The translations under genes and the position numbers were made by a program. A DNA stretch of 35,945 bases from a virus: IMG/VR virus record IMGVR_UViG_3300030330_006157, positions 1-35,945 of that record; one strand, written 5' to 3'. Shown here piece by piece: positions 12,748 through 22,337 of the stretch; positions within the stretch are counted from its first letter, which is position 1, and each line of letters opens with the position of its first letter. Below the pieces are notes generated by a model. The model was not told the DNA's origin. It did not search any database and was given only the letters and a program-made list of their open reading frames with translations.

Positions 12748-13879
12748 AATTAAACAGAGGTCTCAAGAGTGGCTTGATATTAAGCAAAATTACATTGGAG
12801 GTTCAGAAATTTATGGCTTAGCGCATCACTACTGTCCTCAAGAGCTTGAAAATATAGGTATTAATATTTTTAAAGAAAAACCTTTTTGCACGGCTCAAGA
12901 ACTATTTTTAAAAATCAAATATGATTGCAAGGTAGAAGTATCAGCTGCAAATCACATTTTGGCCTTTGGGGCACAAATGGAAGATTTTGTAGTCAGAAGG
13001 TTGCGTGGCGTAGTAAACGACTATGATATTTATAAAAAAGAATCAGAGCAAGTTAAGATCGAAGGGTCTGATGATTTTATAATTAATGAAAAGTTACACC
13101 CCCTCGCCTGTTGTTCACCAGACGGCTATATTGTTATGCCTAAAGATCGTCAGCTCCAAGTTGCAAATAGCGACTTGAAAGTTGATCACTCTTGGGGTAC
13201 TGGAGTTTTGGAACTAAAAACCGCACCATATCAAAAATTGCACGAACTTGTTGATGACAACGTAGGACCTTCTCCAAAATATATCTTACAAAATCAATAT
13301 CAAATGGCAGTATTGAATAAAAAGTGGGGAATAATAGCTGTCTTAGTTCCAAAAAATTCTACCGTAACGATAAATCTTGGGGAGAATCAAAAATATGAAT
13401 TTAATTCTGATGATGAATTTATTAAAGGTAGAATGCTGGCGGCTATGATGAATGATGAAACAGAATATTTAAGTGAGATTTATGACTTAATTTACTTTGT
13501 ACACCCTTTGTATGAACAATATCAAAATATTATTAACAAAGCCCTTAGGCTTTTTCAAGAAGATTTGGATAATAATATTTGCCCCAATGTTCTGTACGAT
13601 AATGCGGCCTATGAAAGATATAAGAAAATGTTATCTCAGGTCAAGCCAGAGCAATACGGCTGTAAAGAGTTATCACAAACCGATGAACTTGATATTTTAA
13701 TTAATGAGCGTCAAGACACGACTAAAGAAATTACAAGACAACAAAATTTACGAAATGAAAGCGACAGAAAAATCGATAATTTAACCAGAAGATATTATAA
13801 CGAGGTAATTGGCACTAAATATCGCTTAAAATATATTAAAAATGGTCAGCTAAGATTTTACGAAAGAAAAAATGTATGA
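12740..13879 (+). CDS. YqaJ/lambda-Exo-like recombination exonuclease (PD-(D/E)XK)
   Basis: 379 aa. The N-terminus QRSQEWLDIKQNYIGGSEI and the motifs CCSPDGYIV...GVLELKT are present. The C-terminal extension is long. Confidence 0.7.
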   Translation: MTKIKQRSQEWLDIKQNYIGGSEIYGLAHHYCPQELENIGINIFKEKPFCTAQELFLKIKYDCKVEVSAANHILAFGAQMEDFVVRRLRGVVNDYDIYKKESEQVKIEGSDDFIINEKLHPLACCSPDGYIVMPKDRQLQVANSDLKVDHSWGTGVLELKTAPYQKLHELVDDNVGPSPKYILQNQYQMAVLNKKWGIIAVLVPKNSTVTINLGENQKYEFNSDDEFIKGRMLAAMMNDETEYLSEIYDLIYFVHPLYEQYQNIINKALRLFQEDLDNNICPNVLYDNAAYERYKKMLSQVKPEQYGCKELSQTDELDILINERQDTTKEITRQQNLRNESDRKIDNLTRRYYNEVIGTKYRLKYIKNGQLRFYERKNV

Positions 13880-14337
13880 TTAAAAACTTAATTTCAGTAA
13901 AAGATATTACAGCTTTAAAAAAGAAAGACAATCTGACTGGTGATGAATTGCAGTTGTTGCAGCAAGAGGGCTTTAAAGAACAGCAGTTACAAATAAATTG
14001 TAAAACGATATTTGACGGTTTTGCTTTGAAGCATGGCCATGCTCAATACTATTTCCAGCAAAATGACAATGGTGGCTATAGTAATATTGCATCAAAAAAA
14101 ATGAAAGCAGCGCAAGGTACAATATCAGGCTGGCCTGATGTAACATTATGGAAGTTTGGCAAGAATTGCGAAAAATCAATTTTTATTGAGTTTAAGAGAC
14201 CTAAAGAGACAAAGATAAGTAAATCCCAAGAACTTATCCATAAACAGTTTTCTGATGCTGGAAAAGAAGTTTATTTGTGTAATAATACGGTATATTTTGA
14301 GAAAGTAATCTGTAAAGAATTTTTTGACTTAAAATAA
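13876..14337 (+). CDS. VRR-NUC domain nuclease
   Basis: 153 aa. GWPDVTLWKFGKNCEKSIFIEFKRPKETKISKSQELIHKQFSDAGKEV fits G.PD...(n)..E.K....s..Q. Confidence 0.65.
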   Translation: MIKNLISVKDITALKKKDNLTGDELQLLQQEGFKEQQLQINCKTIFDGFALKHGHAQYYFQQNDNGGYSNIASKKMKAAQGTISGWPDVTLWKFGKNCEKSIFIEFKRPKETKISKSQELIHKQFSDAGKEVYLCNNTVYFEKVICKEFFDLK

Positions 14338-14850
14338 TTTTCTAAATTGTTTTTCACCATTCTTTATTTTTTCTAATAAAAAGTAATTATTATTTTGATT
14401 TGGCTGGTAATTCACTTGAACGTGAACCCATTTTTTATAGTATTTCTTAGTATTATCCCATAAATAGGAGGCAATCATTTTGTCGCACTGAATTTTATTG
14501 ATAAAAAACTTGCAAATTTCAATAGGAGTCATACCCCCTATTACGAAATCAAAGGCTAAACCGTACATATGATAAGAATCGGCAGCAGATCCAATTAAAG
14601 TTTTATTTAATTCTAAAGAGCGATATCCACTTGTAATATGAATCGGTTTACCAATTAAATCTCGCATTTCCTGCGCCTTATCTGCCAAAATATCAAGGTT
14701 TTCAAGTGTTGCTTGCTCTTTGGGTGTATTATCTATTTTTTGTAGTCTAGCGGTACTAGAACTGTAAAATTCAGAAGCTTTAAAATTTTTACGATTTAAA
14801 TCAGAAAGTTTATATATCATTTTGATTACAAAAATTTTTTTGATTGACAC
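14329..14850 (-). CDS. Endolysin, peptidase M15-type (zinc D-Ala-D-Ala / L-Ala-D-Glu peptidase fold)
   Basis: ITSGYRSLELNKTLIGSAADSYHMYGLAFDF...WVHVQV provides the SxHxxGxAxD and terminal His motifs. The internal ATG at 14820 is an alternative start. Confidence 0.7.
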   Translation of the reverse strand: MSIKKIFVIKMIYKLSDLNRKNFKASEFYSSSTARLQKIDNTPKEQATLENLDILADKAQEMRDLIGKPIHITSGYRSLELNKTLIGSAADSYHMYGLAFDFVIGGMTPIEICKFFINKIQCDKMIASYLWDNTKKYYKKWVHVQVNYQPNQNNNYFLLEKIKNGEKQFRKLF

Positions 14851-15052
14851 AGTGGCAATTGTACAGCAATATCTTTTTCAAATTATTTTTAGTTAATACT
14901 TCGTTGTCTTTAAGTGTGATTGCATCAGCATTTTCACAAAAAGCATCAACCAAAATATATTCACTTCTTTTTGCGCAGCAAGTCACGCAAAGACTTAAAA
15001 TTAAGACTATCAAGCCATTTCTCAGTTTCAAGAATCGCTGCAATTTTTTCAT
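14810..15052 (-). CDS. Candidate o-spanin-like lipoprotein, overlapping the preceding ORF in another frame
   Basis: MKKLQRFLKLRNGLIVLILSLCVTCCAKRS... has a signal-like N-terminus with Cys residues, but the lipobox is not canonical. It starts inside 14961..15188. Confidence 0.3.
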   Translation of the reverse strand: MKKLQRFLKLRNGLIVLILSLCVTCCAKRSEYILVDAFCENADAITLKDNEVLTKNNLKKILLYNCHCVNQKNFCNQNDI

Positions 15053-15188
15053 ACCTTTTGCGATCATAAATTTTTTGCAATTTCTGTTTTGTACTATTTT
15101 TGCCAAATTCGTAGAAAACTTTAAATAATAATAAAGTTATACCAGCAATTCCGCCAATGCTGACTAAATATTTTGTCAATTGTTCCAT
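14961..15188 (-). CDS. Type II membrane protein (candidate i-spanin or holin-associated)
   Basis: 75 aa. It has an N-terminal TM segment YLVSIGGIAGITLLLFKVFY followed by a charged tail. Confidence 0.4.
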   Translation of the reverse strand: MEQLTKYLVSIGGIAGITLLLFKVFYEFGKNSTKQKLQKIYDRKRYEKIAAILETEKWLDSLNFKSLRDLLRKKK

Positions 15189-15189
15189 T

Positions 15190-15420
15190 TTACCAACCCA
15201 TTATATTAAAATTTATTATCTTGTAAACTATTACCAAAAATTCATGCAACGTCATTTTTCCTGCCACTAGGACTATAGAAAGACTGACGGACGCTGCAAT
15301 CATTAAAATTGATAGCGATAAAAATATAGAATAAATACGTGCTTGAATTATATTTTTACTTAAATAGTTTAATATTTTTGAAATAGTAGAACTTATAAAT
15401 TTTAATTTTTCACTTGTCAT
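15190..15420 (-). CDS. Small two-TM membrane protein (holin candidate)
   Basis: 76 aa. The hydrophobic segments are IYSIFLSLSILMIAASVSLSIVLVAG and LHEFLVIVYKIINFNIMGW. Confidence 0.45.
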   Translation of the reverse strand: MTSEKLKFISSTISKILNYLSKNIIQARIYSIFLSLSILMIAASVSLSIVLVAGKMTLHEFLVIVYKIINFNIMGW

Positions 15421-15715
15421 TTGTCAAAGATTTATTAATAGATTCGTGGAGTTTGTTAAGGTTTTCTAAGATTGTTACATAGTTGTCTTGTTGAGTCGCT
15501 TTAAGCTCCTTAAGCTTCTCCTCATTTTTAATTGCAAGATCAGCAATTGATTTCATTTGCAATTCTATTCGCTCATCGACTTTTTTCCAAACATCTTGAA
15601 CAATAAGAGATTTTAATTTGAGCAAAAACCAACGGATTGAATAGCCAACGCACAGTACTATAGCACTGTACGCCGCCATTCCGAGCTCATTAATAAAATT
15701 TAAGGTTTTTTCCAT
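15410..15715 (-). CDS. Single-TM membrane protein with a coiled-coil tail
   Basis: 101 aa. The TM segment is AAYSAIVLCVGYSIRWFLL. Confidence 0.45.
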   Translation of the reverse strand: MEKTLNFINELGMAAYSAIVLCVGYSIRWFLLKLKSLIVQDVWKKVDERIELQMKSIADLAIKNEEKLKELKATQQDNYVTILENLNKLHESINKSLTNDK

Positions 15716-15718
15716 TGC

Positions 15719-18700
15719 TTAATAAATAGAATTGGAGTTTGCAGGTTGCATATTATAAGAACCAGTAACGCTCAACGGACTCTTGAAGGTATTACCCGCA
15801 AAGTAGTTATAATCACCGTTTACAGTAATGCCAGAGTTAAACAAAGTGGTAGTATTGCATAAAAACTTACTCCTGTCACCGTTGCCGCTGATAGTATCAT
15901 CAATAATTGAATTACTGATAATATTGTCATCACCGTTGAAAGTCAAAGTTGAAGAGCCAAAGCAAGTCTCTACCCTATTTTTATCGCCCGATAGGCTAAC
16001 AGAGCCACTAAAAGTACAGTTTCTAAAGGTTCTTTGGCTAATGGTAGTAAAATTTTGTACCGTAGAAGCAAAAGTACAATTTTCGTAAACTGTATTTGGA
16101 ATTATAACAGATATCGAAGTGGTGTTGCTAAATTCGCAATTATTAAATTTCCAACCAGTCCAGCTTGGAGAGCCAGAAGAGTTATAATTTACTGAATCAA
16201 TAGTTGTACAATTGTTGACTGTAACATTGGTGCCACCAGTCGCTTGAACTATCTTACCAGTACCAAAATTAATATTATCTAGATTAGATTCATCATAATA
16301 CAAATAAAGTTCTAATTTTCCAGACGTGCTATTGGTTTGATTTGACGGTTTATCAAAATTACTTAAGTTTCCGCCCGCTACTATCGCATAGGCATCGCTT
16401 GAGGTAATATTTGACAATGCCCAGTTGATTTTCTTAATTTCCACCATTGGAAAATTACTTGGATCGCCAAAGACAACTGCCGAACCTAATAACACATCGG
16501 ATTCAATATTATTTTTCGTAAATTCACCAGAAATTTCTAAAGCATCGATAATCAGCTCATCGCCTAACTCAATGGCTTTAGCACAACTTGACCCACCCCC
16601 ATTAATGACAGTTTGGCCCTGTGCTAATGAAGGGGCGTTAATAGTGTTAAGATTCCAAGATAGACCGTTACCAGAGTAGTTTGGTAGTAGAGCTTTTACA
16701 TTTCTCGAAATAAAGACGCCCGTTGGTGAAAATTTTCCGTAATCATTTGCGGTCATTTGAGTAGTATCCCAAACTATACCATCTAATATAGTTTGGTTAG
16801 TTTCGGTACCGAAAGCAGAAGATCTACCTAAAAATTCAGCTTGAGTCGGAGTGGTAGGAATTTGCATTTTTACAGTTCCCGACCAAATACCGTTACCAGC
16901 TTCAATCACTAGATCGTTGCTGGTCGATTGCATGAATCTTTTTGGTTGCCACTCGCCTACGACTTTAATATAAACATCGCTTGTTACTTCAGTTTGACCA
17001 GACGAGACAATGTCATTTGATTCGACTACCGCAGCGCTAGTACCATCAACAAATATATATTGCTCTCCCGCTTGCACGGCAGCGTAAACCGTCGAATAGT
17101 CGCCACCAGTGGTTCTTACTATTTTATAAGGTAATGCAGTTCCACCACCGCCACCAGACTCTACCTGCCAAGTACCATTGCCAGAAGCATCGGTTTTTAA
17201 AACATAGCCAGCTACGGCAGTTGTTCCAAGTTGAAAATTAGTAGTTTGAATATCCGTTGCTGACAACGTTGGTATAGTTACCGTGCCAGTAAAGGTTGGC
17301 GAGGCAGTGTTAGCTTTTGAAGCAATGGAACTAGTGTTACTGTTGATTTGAGTTTGAATATTCGAAGTCACTCCATTCAAATAATCAAATTCAGTGTTAG
17401 AAATGATACCAGAGCTTATTTTGGTTGCCTCAATACCTGCTGCTGCTTTAATTTCATTATTATCAATATTACTGATTGTGTTGCTGTCGGCATCAATTGT
17501 TTTGTTTGTTAAAGTGTCAGTAGAGCTTGCGGATATCTTAGTTCCAATAGCAGTAGTATTAGAAGCAATATCCGTAGTATTAGTGTTAGTTTGACTTATT
17601 GCGCTGGAAATGGCCGAGGTGGTAATACCACCGTCTTGAATGATTTTACCAGTAGTGCCATCAAAACTAGCAATATTAGTATCAGTAGAACTTGAAGGCC
17701 CTGTTACATCACCAGAGCCAGTACTTAAAGTGACTGGTTGATATTCAGAAGATGCTGAATTATATTGCAAAACTTGATTATTGGTTGGAGCTGTAGATGA
17801 AACATCAGTCAAACTGCTTGTAGCAAGGTTGGCAATAGCAGAAGTATTGGTAGCTATATCACTTGTGTTAGCAGCAATGTTAGTAGTATTGCTAGCAATA
17901 TTGCTAGTGTTAGTTGAGACTTGTGCAAGAGTGTTTTGTGTCGCTGTATCTAAACCAACTGTTATTGAGCCACTATTGGTAACTGGTCCGCCGCTTGAAG
18001 TAATGCCAGTACCAGCAGTTACGTCAACTGAAGTTACCGTTCCTGTTCCCAAGCTTAGTGTTACAGGTTCGTATTTTGAAGTTGTAGTGCTGTACTCTAG
18101 AACTTGACCACCCGCTGGCAAAGTCGCTGACACATCGCTAAGATCTCTAGTGTCAAGACTTAAGTTTGATACAGCAGTATCTGCATAAGCAGTGGTTGCT
18201 AGCTTAGTTGAGTTATCCCCTGCCCCTTGTGTCGGAGCGGTAGGGTTGCCAGTTAATGCAGGTGATGCAATATCAGCCTTTGTTGAAATAGCGGTAGTGT
18301 TGCTTGTAATATTTGCAGTGTTAGTAGATATATTGCTAGTGTTAGTGGCTATATCAGCAGCATTGCTCACAATATCAGTAGTATTGGTTGCAACTTGAGC
18401 TAAACTTGCTTGCGTTGAAGCATCAAGACCAACTGTAATTGAGCCATTGGTAGTTACTGGTCCACCAGAAGAAGCAATACCAGTTCCAGCAGTAACATCT
18501 ACCGAAGTAACCGTTCCAGTCCCACCAGCGGTCGTATCAACATAATCTTTGACAGCAGCAGAAGTTGGAATAGTTGTATCGTTATCATTATTGCCAATAC
18601 CTTCACTTTCTATTACAATTGCACTTGCTTTAAAATTATCCACTTCTACATTACTAAGAGTGTTGCTATCTACATCAATTGTTTTGTTAGTCAGAGTATC

Positions 18701-20569
18701 AGAAGAAGATGCAGAGATTTTAGTTGCAATCGCACTAGTATTGGTTGCGATGTCGCTTGTGTTAGTTGAAATAGCTAAAGCGTTATTAGCAATGTCAGTA
18801 GTGTTGGTAGTAACTTGAGCCAAGCTAGTTTGCGTTGCAGCATCAAGACCAACTGTAATTGAGCCACTAGTTGTTACAGGACCGCCTGCCGAAGTAATAC
18901 CAGTACCGGCAGTTATCCCAATAGAAGTTACCGTTCCTAATGAATTAGAATCAGTATCAACCCAATCCGTTGTGGTTGTGTCCCAAACCCAAAACGTGTC
19001 AGTTGAACCAACGATCGCATACCAGCCATCTTGACCAGTCGGATATGCAGTTCTTAGAGCTGTTGGAGTTGCGAAAAATCCTTTGTTGTTTGGTGATGTT
19101 TGTGCGTCAACGTAAGCAGTGGTGGCAATTTTAGTTGAGTTGTCGCCATCAGCCTGCGTTGGAGCCGTAGGGTTACCAGTGAACGCTGGTGAAGCTAAGG
19201 CAGCTTTAGCATTTAATTGAGTTTGAATCGCAGAAGTTACACCGTCTAAGTACTCAAATTCTGTATTTGAGACTGTGCCGTTCGCAATTTTATCAGCATT
19301 GACCCCAGCGGCAATATCAGTGTCCGTAACACTTGATTGTGTTGCCAAACTTCCAAGTCCTAGATTAGATCGTGCATTAGTAGCTGTAGAAGCACCAGTA
19401 CCACCTTGTGCTACTGAAAGTGCGGTAGTAAGACCTGATATTTCTGTGATGTCAGTGTTTACTCCATTACCAGCTTTGCCAGCAATAGCCGTAGCGTTAT
19501 TAGTAATGCTGGTTGCATTGTTGCTAATTTGAGTTTGTAAATTTGAGGTTGCACCGTCTAAAAATCCAAATTCAGTATTATCAACGTTTCCGCTACCTAT
19601 TTTATTGGCGTTTATACCTGATCCTAATTTTGCATCTGAAACGTTACCATCGGTAATTTTTGGTGTCGTTACCGCATCACTAGCAAGCTCATTAGTATCT
19701 ACCGCGCCAGAATCAATATCTCCAGATCCAACGGTGTTTTTAACTGCCAAGCTGCCAAGTCCAAGATTAGTTCTTGCTCCTGAATCAGTAGTCGATCCAG
19801 TACCACCCTGTGCTACTGATAAAGCAGTTGTTAATCCTGAAATGCTTGTAATATCGCTATTCGCACCAGAAGCGGCTTTAGTTGCAATCTGGTTAGCATT
19901 GTTAGTAATATTAGTTTGGTTGGTTGCAATGTTGGTAGTGTTAGTTGCAATGTTGGTAGTGTTAGTATTTGTTTGAGTTACGGCACTAGAAACATCAGTA
20001 GTCGAAAGACTTGAATCTTGTATTACTTTTCCAGTAGTACCATCAAAACTTACTAAGTTTGCATTGGTAGAGCTTGATGGACCTGTAACGTCACCGCCAC
20101 CTGTGCCGCCATGATTATCAACAAAATCTTTTACCGCCGCAGCAGTTGGTACTGAAGCATCGTTGTCATTACCAGTTATTCCTTCTGCTTCGGTAATAAT
20201 TTTGCTGCCGCCATCTTGAATGATTTTACCCGAAGTCGAATTGTATGTAGCTATATTGTTGTCAATTGCAGAAGAAGGTCCTGTAACATCACCAGACCCT
20301 GCTTCTGAATTGTCTATCTTTTCCCAAGAGGTACCATCAAATAAAGCCCAGTCATTTGGTTGCCAGTCTGTTATTCCATCTAAGTCAGTAGTGCCAGCGA
20401 CACTTACGACATAGTAATAGTTTTTGACTCCCACCCCAGATTGTAGTGATGGAAATGATGAGTCAGTCGTAGTATTAGTATCAGCATTCCAAAAGCCTCT
20501 ATTTACTATTCCTGGTCTCGTATCGACCGACCCGGTATTGATCGAGCCTCTTCTTGATAAAATTGACAT
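15719..20569 (-). CDS. Giant modular tail fibre/spike protein (1616 aa) with a C-terminal beta-helix-like domain
   Basis: Fibre collar motif ASPAFTGNPTAPTQADGDNSTKIATTAYVD occurs at aa 459-488 and 768-797. Other repeated modules are listed in the findings. The C-terminus carries repeated NCTF/NCEF/NCTT motifs. Confidence 0.85.
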   Translation of the reverse strand: MSILSRRGSINTGSVDTRPGIVNRGFWNADTNTTTDSSFPSLQSGVGVKNYYYVVSVAGTTDLDGITDWQPNDWALFDGTSWEKIDNSEAGSGDVTGPSSAIDNNIATYNSTSGKIIQDGGSKIITEAEGITGNDNDASVPTAAAVKDFVDNHGGTGGGDVTGPSSSTNANLVSFDGTTGKVIQDSSLSTTDVSSAVTQTNTNTTNIATNTTNIATNQTNITNNANQIATKAASGANSDITSISGLTTALSVAQGGTGSTTDSGARTNLGLGSLAVKNTVGSGDIDSGAVDTNELASDAVTTPKITDGNVSDAKLGSGINANKIGSGNVDNTEFGFLDGATSNLQTQISNNATSITNNATAIAGKAGNGVNTDITEISGLTTALSVAQGGTGASTATNARSNLGLGSLATQSSVTDTDIAAGVNADKIANGTVSNTEFEYLDGVTSAIQTQLNAKAALASPAFTGNPTAPTQADGDNSTKIATTAYVDAQTSPNNKGFFATPTALRTAYPTGQDGWYAIVGSTDTFWVWDTTTTDWVDTDSNSLGTVTSIGITAGTGITSAGGPVTTSGSITVGLDAATQTSLAQVTTNTTDIANNALAISTNTSDIATNTSAIATKISASSSDTLTNKTIDVDSNTLSNVEVDNFKASAIVIESEGIGNNDNDTTIPTSAAVKDYVDTTAGGTGTVTSVDVTAGTGIASSGGPVTTNGSITVGLDASTQASLAQVATNTTDIVSNAADIATNTSNISTNTANITSNTTAISTKADIASPALTGNPTAPTQGAGDNSTKLATTAYADTAVSNLSLDTRDLSDVSATLPAGGQVLEYSTTTSKYEPVTLSLGTGTVTSVDVTAGTGITSSGGPVTNSGSITVGLDTATQNTLAQVSTNTSNIASNTTNIAANTSDIATNTSAIANLATSSLTDVSSTAPTNNQVLQYNSASSEYQPVTLSTGSGDVTGPSSSTDTNIASFDGTTGKIIQDGGITTSAISSAISQTNTNTTDIASNTTAIGTKISASSTDTLTNKTIDADSNTISNIDNNEIKAAAGIEATKISSGIISNTEFDYLNGVTSNIQTQINSNTSSIASKANTASPTFTGTVTIPTLSATDIQTTNFQLGTTAVAGYVLKTDASGNGTWQVESGGGGGTALPYKIVRTTGGDYSTVYAAVQAGEQYIFVDGTSAAVVESNDIVSSGQTEVTSDVYIKVVGEWQPKRFMQSTSNDLVIEAGNGIWSGTVKMQIPTTPTQAEFLGRSSAFGTETNQTILDGIVWDTTQMTANDYGKFSPTGVFISRNVKALLPNYSGNGLSWNLNTINAPSLAQGQTVINGGGSSCAKAIELGDELIIDALEISGEFTKNNIESDVLLGSAVVFGDPSNFPMVEIKKINWALSNITSSDAYAIVAGGNLSNFDKPSNQTNSTSGKLELYLYYDESNLDNINFGTGKIVQATGGTNVTVNNCTTIDSVNYNSSGSPSWTGWKFNNCEFSNTTSISVIIPNTVYENCTFASTVQNFTTISQRTFRNCTFSGSVSLSGDKNRVETCFGSSTLTFNGDDNIISNSIIDDTISGNGDRSKFLCNTTTLFNSGITVNGDYNYFAGNTFKSPLSVTGSYNMQPANSNSIY

Positions 20570-20650
20570 AATTTAATTATTTATTTGTTGCACCACGTTG
20601 AAAAGCCCCTTTGCGAAGCAAGCCTTTTTTAAGATTTTTTTTTATTAGCA

Positions 20651-20989
20651 TTAGGATACTATCTCACATTCCCAAACCCACGCATTGACATTAGTAGTAG
20701 CTGTAGCGCCAGTAATAGTAAGTCGCAATGGCACATAAGCAGAGTTTTCATATAAGCCCGTAATTCTAACGTAATCGCTACCTGTCCAGATATCGTTGAC
20801 AGGATCTGAAGGAATCCAGATACCATCAGGACTTTGCGCTTCCAATCTAATTTGAGTCGCCCCTAAAGCCCCAGCATCTACCATTAATTGTGGCAAGGCA
20901 TTAGTTTGAAAAGGGTTAGTACCAATGGGCATAAAAGATAGCGAACTGCCGTTAATAGTTTGATTTGTAAAAATTTGTGTTCTTGACAT
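20651..20989 (-). CDS. Hypothetical structural protein between the two fibre genes
   Basis: 112-aa ORF in the structural arm. Confidence 0.5.
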   Translation of the reverse strand: MSRTQIFTNQTINGSSLSFMPIGTNPFQTNALPQLMVDAGALGATQIRLEAQSPDGIWIPSDPVNDIWTGSDYVRITGLYENSAYVPLRLTITGATATTNVNAWVWECEIVS

Positions 20990-21014
20990 AATTTTGATAT
21001 TTTTTATTTAATTA

Positions 21015-22322
21015 TTAATAACCTATCGCAAGCCAATTAAAAGCTCTTCCTGCTACAGACGTGCCATTATTATCCCAAGCTTGCGAAATAAATGATGATG
21101 TGGTCAGATTATGAAAGCCATAAATACTCACGTTAGCAATTTGATTTTGAGTCATTTGCACGTTGAAAACTCCGTTTGGAAAAGAAGTTGGAAAATTGAC
21201 AATATTATTACTAGTTCCAGTTCCCCATTGCACTACTAAATTTTGCAATCCGAAAATATTATCAACAGAAATAGGAATCATTGCATATCCTGCGGCAGTA
21301 AGTAAAGAATCTGAATAAATATCATTTAGCCCCAGACGAATTGTACGTGCAGTAGTAATGTTATTTGCAGCATCAGTTAATACCGATCCAAGTCGAGTTT
21401 TAATAGATAAATTATTAGCGACAATGACTGGATCAGTAACAATATTTGCCCCTGTAGAACTAAGATCTCCAATCACATCAGTGATAGATAAATCTGGATT
21501 TGCAACAAGAAATAAATACAAAGTGCCGCTGGCTGGTAAAGTTTGACCAGCGACAATTCCGCCATTGTTATTTCCTAACGCAAAATTTGCATCAAGTTCT
21601 TTTGTTAAAGCAGAAATATTAGCTTGTCCACTACCATCATCAAATTCAAAAACACCAGCATTTATATCAATATCTTTAGTTGGATTAGCAGCATTTTGGC
21701 TAACTTTTATAGGATTGGGTAATAATGATTTTCCAAAAATACTAGTAGTAGCTTTTGCTGAATTATTTTCATTCATTAAAATCCACGCATTGTTAGCCGA
21801 ATTACGCTGAAAATCATAAATACCGCCCAAGTCTAAATCACCAATTTCTAGTGCAACTTCTGCGCCCGAAGTATCAATTTTTTTAATTACACCATCAAGA
21901 GCTGGATTACCAATGCCATTTAACTGCAAAGTAGGAGTTGTGGTAGCATTTGTAGCATGAATTTTAATTCTAAACGACATTGTTGCTTCATACGCTGCAA
22001 TTGCTGGTACAGCAGCCGCTGTGTAAGCATCTGCAACACCAGATGAAGTTCCTAAATTAAAAAGTGAGCTATTTTGAACTTGAGCAGTCGGGATTGCATC
22101 TCTAGCATCCGTTGAATTACCAAGGCTAGTAATTTTATTATTACCCATCGACTGGTTGCCTGTGTAAGGCGTTTGACCGTCTTTGGCAATAGAGTTAGTC
22201 AATCCAGTTGCAATATCGTCTTGCTGACCCATCATGCGCCCAGCCTGAATGGTAATACCATTGGCTAGATCGTCATTCCAGTTATAAGGTAGCGTGTACG
22301 TACCTGTTCCGTTTCTTGGCAT
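21015..22322 (-). CDS. Tail fibre protein
   Basis: 435 aa. The N-terminus NGTGTYTLPYNWNDDLANGITIQAGRMMGQQDDIATGLTNSIAKDGQTPYTGNQSMGNNKITSLGNSTDARDAIPTAQV matches the common phage fibre N-terminal pattern. Confidence 0.65.
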   Translation of the reverse strand: MPRNGTGTYTLPYNWNDDLANGITIQAGRMMGQQDDIATGLTNSIAKDGQTPYTGNQSMGNNKITSLGNSTDARDAIPTAQVQNSSLFNLGTSSGVADAYTAAAVPAIAAYEATMSFRIKIHATNATTTPTLQLNGIGNPALDGVIKKIDTSGAEVALEIGDLDLGGIYDFQRNSANNAWILMNENNSAKATTSIFGKSLLPNPIKVSQNAANPTKDIDINAGVFEFDDGSGQANISALTKELDANFALGNNNGGIVAGQTLPASGTLYLFLVANPDLSITDVIGDLSSTGANIVTDPVIVANNLSIKTRLGSVLTDAANNITTARTIRLGLNDIYSDSLLTAAGYAMIPISVDNIFGLQNLVVQWGTGTSNNIVNFPTSFPNGVFNVQMTQNQIANVSIYGFHNLTTSSFISQAWDNNGTSVAGRAFNWLAIGY

Positions 22323-22337
22323 GTTTAATTAATTTTA

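Noticed and set aside
17630-20293. The fibre repeats as the template/variable repeats of a diversity-generating retroelement
   Set aside because: I recognised no reverse transcriptase anywhere in the genome. The repeat copies differ at all base types rather than specifically at adenines.
15828-20414. Many plus-strand ORFs (62-123 aa) inside the giant fibre gene
   Set aside because: They are antisense shadows of a repetitive Thr/Asn/Ser/Gly-rich gene. Their translations are low-complexity Leu/Val/Ala strings with no independent start context, and they are tiled by the 1616-aa ORF.
20570-20650. A terminator hairpin between the 112-aa gene and the giant fibre gene
   Set aside because: The candidate stem (cccctttgc...gcaagcc) pairs poorly. 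The T-run lies on the plus strand, the wrong strand for the late transcripts.
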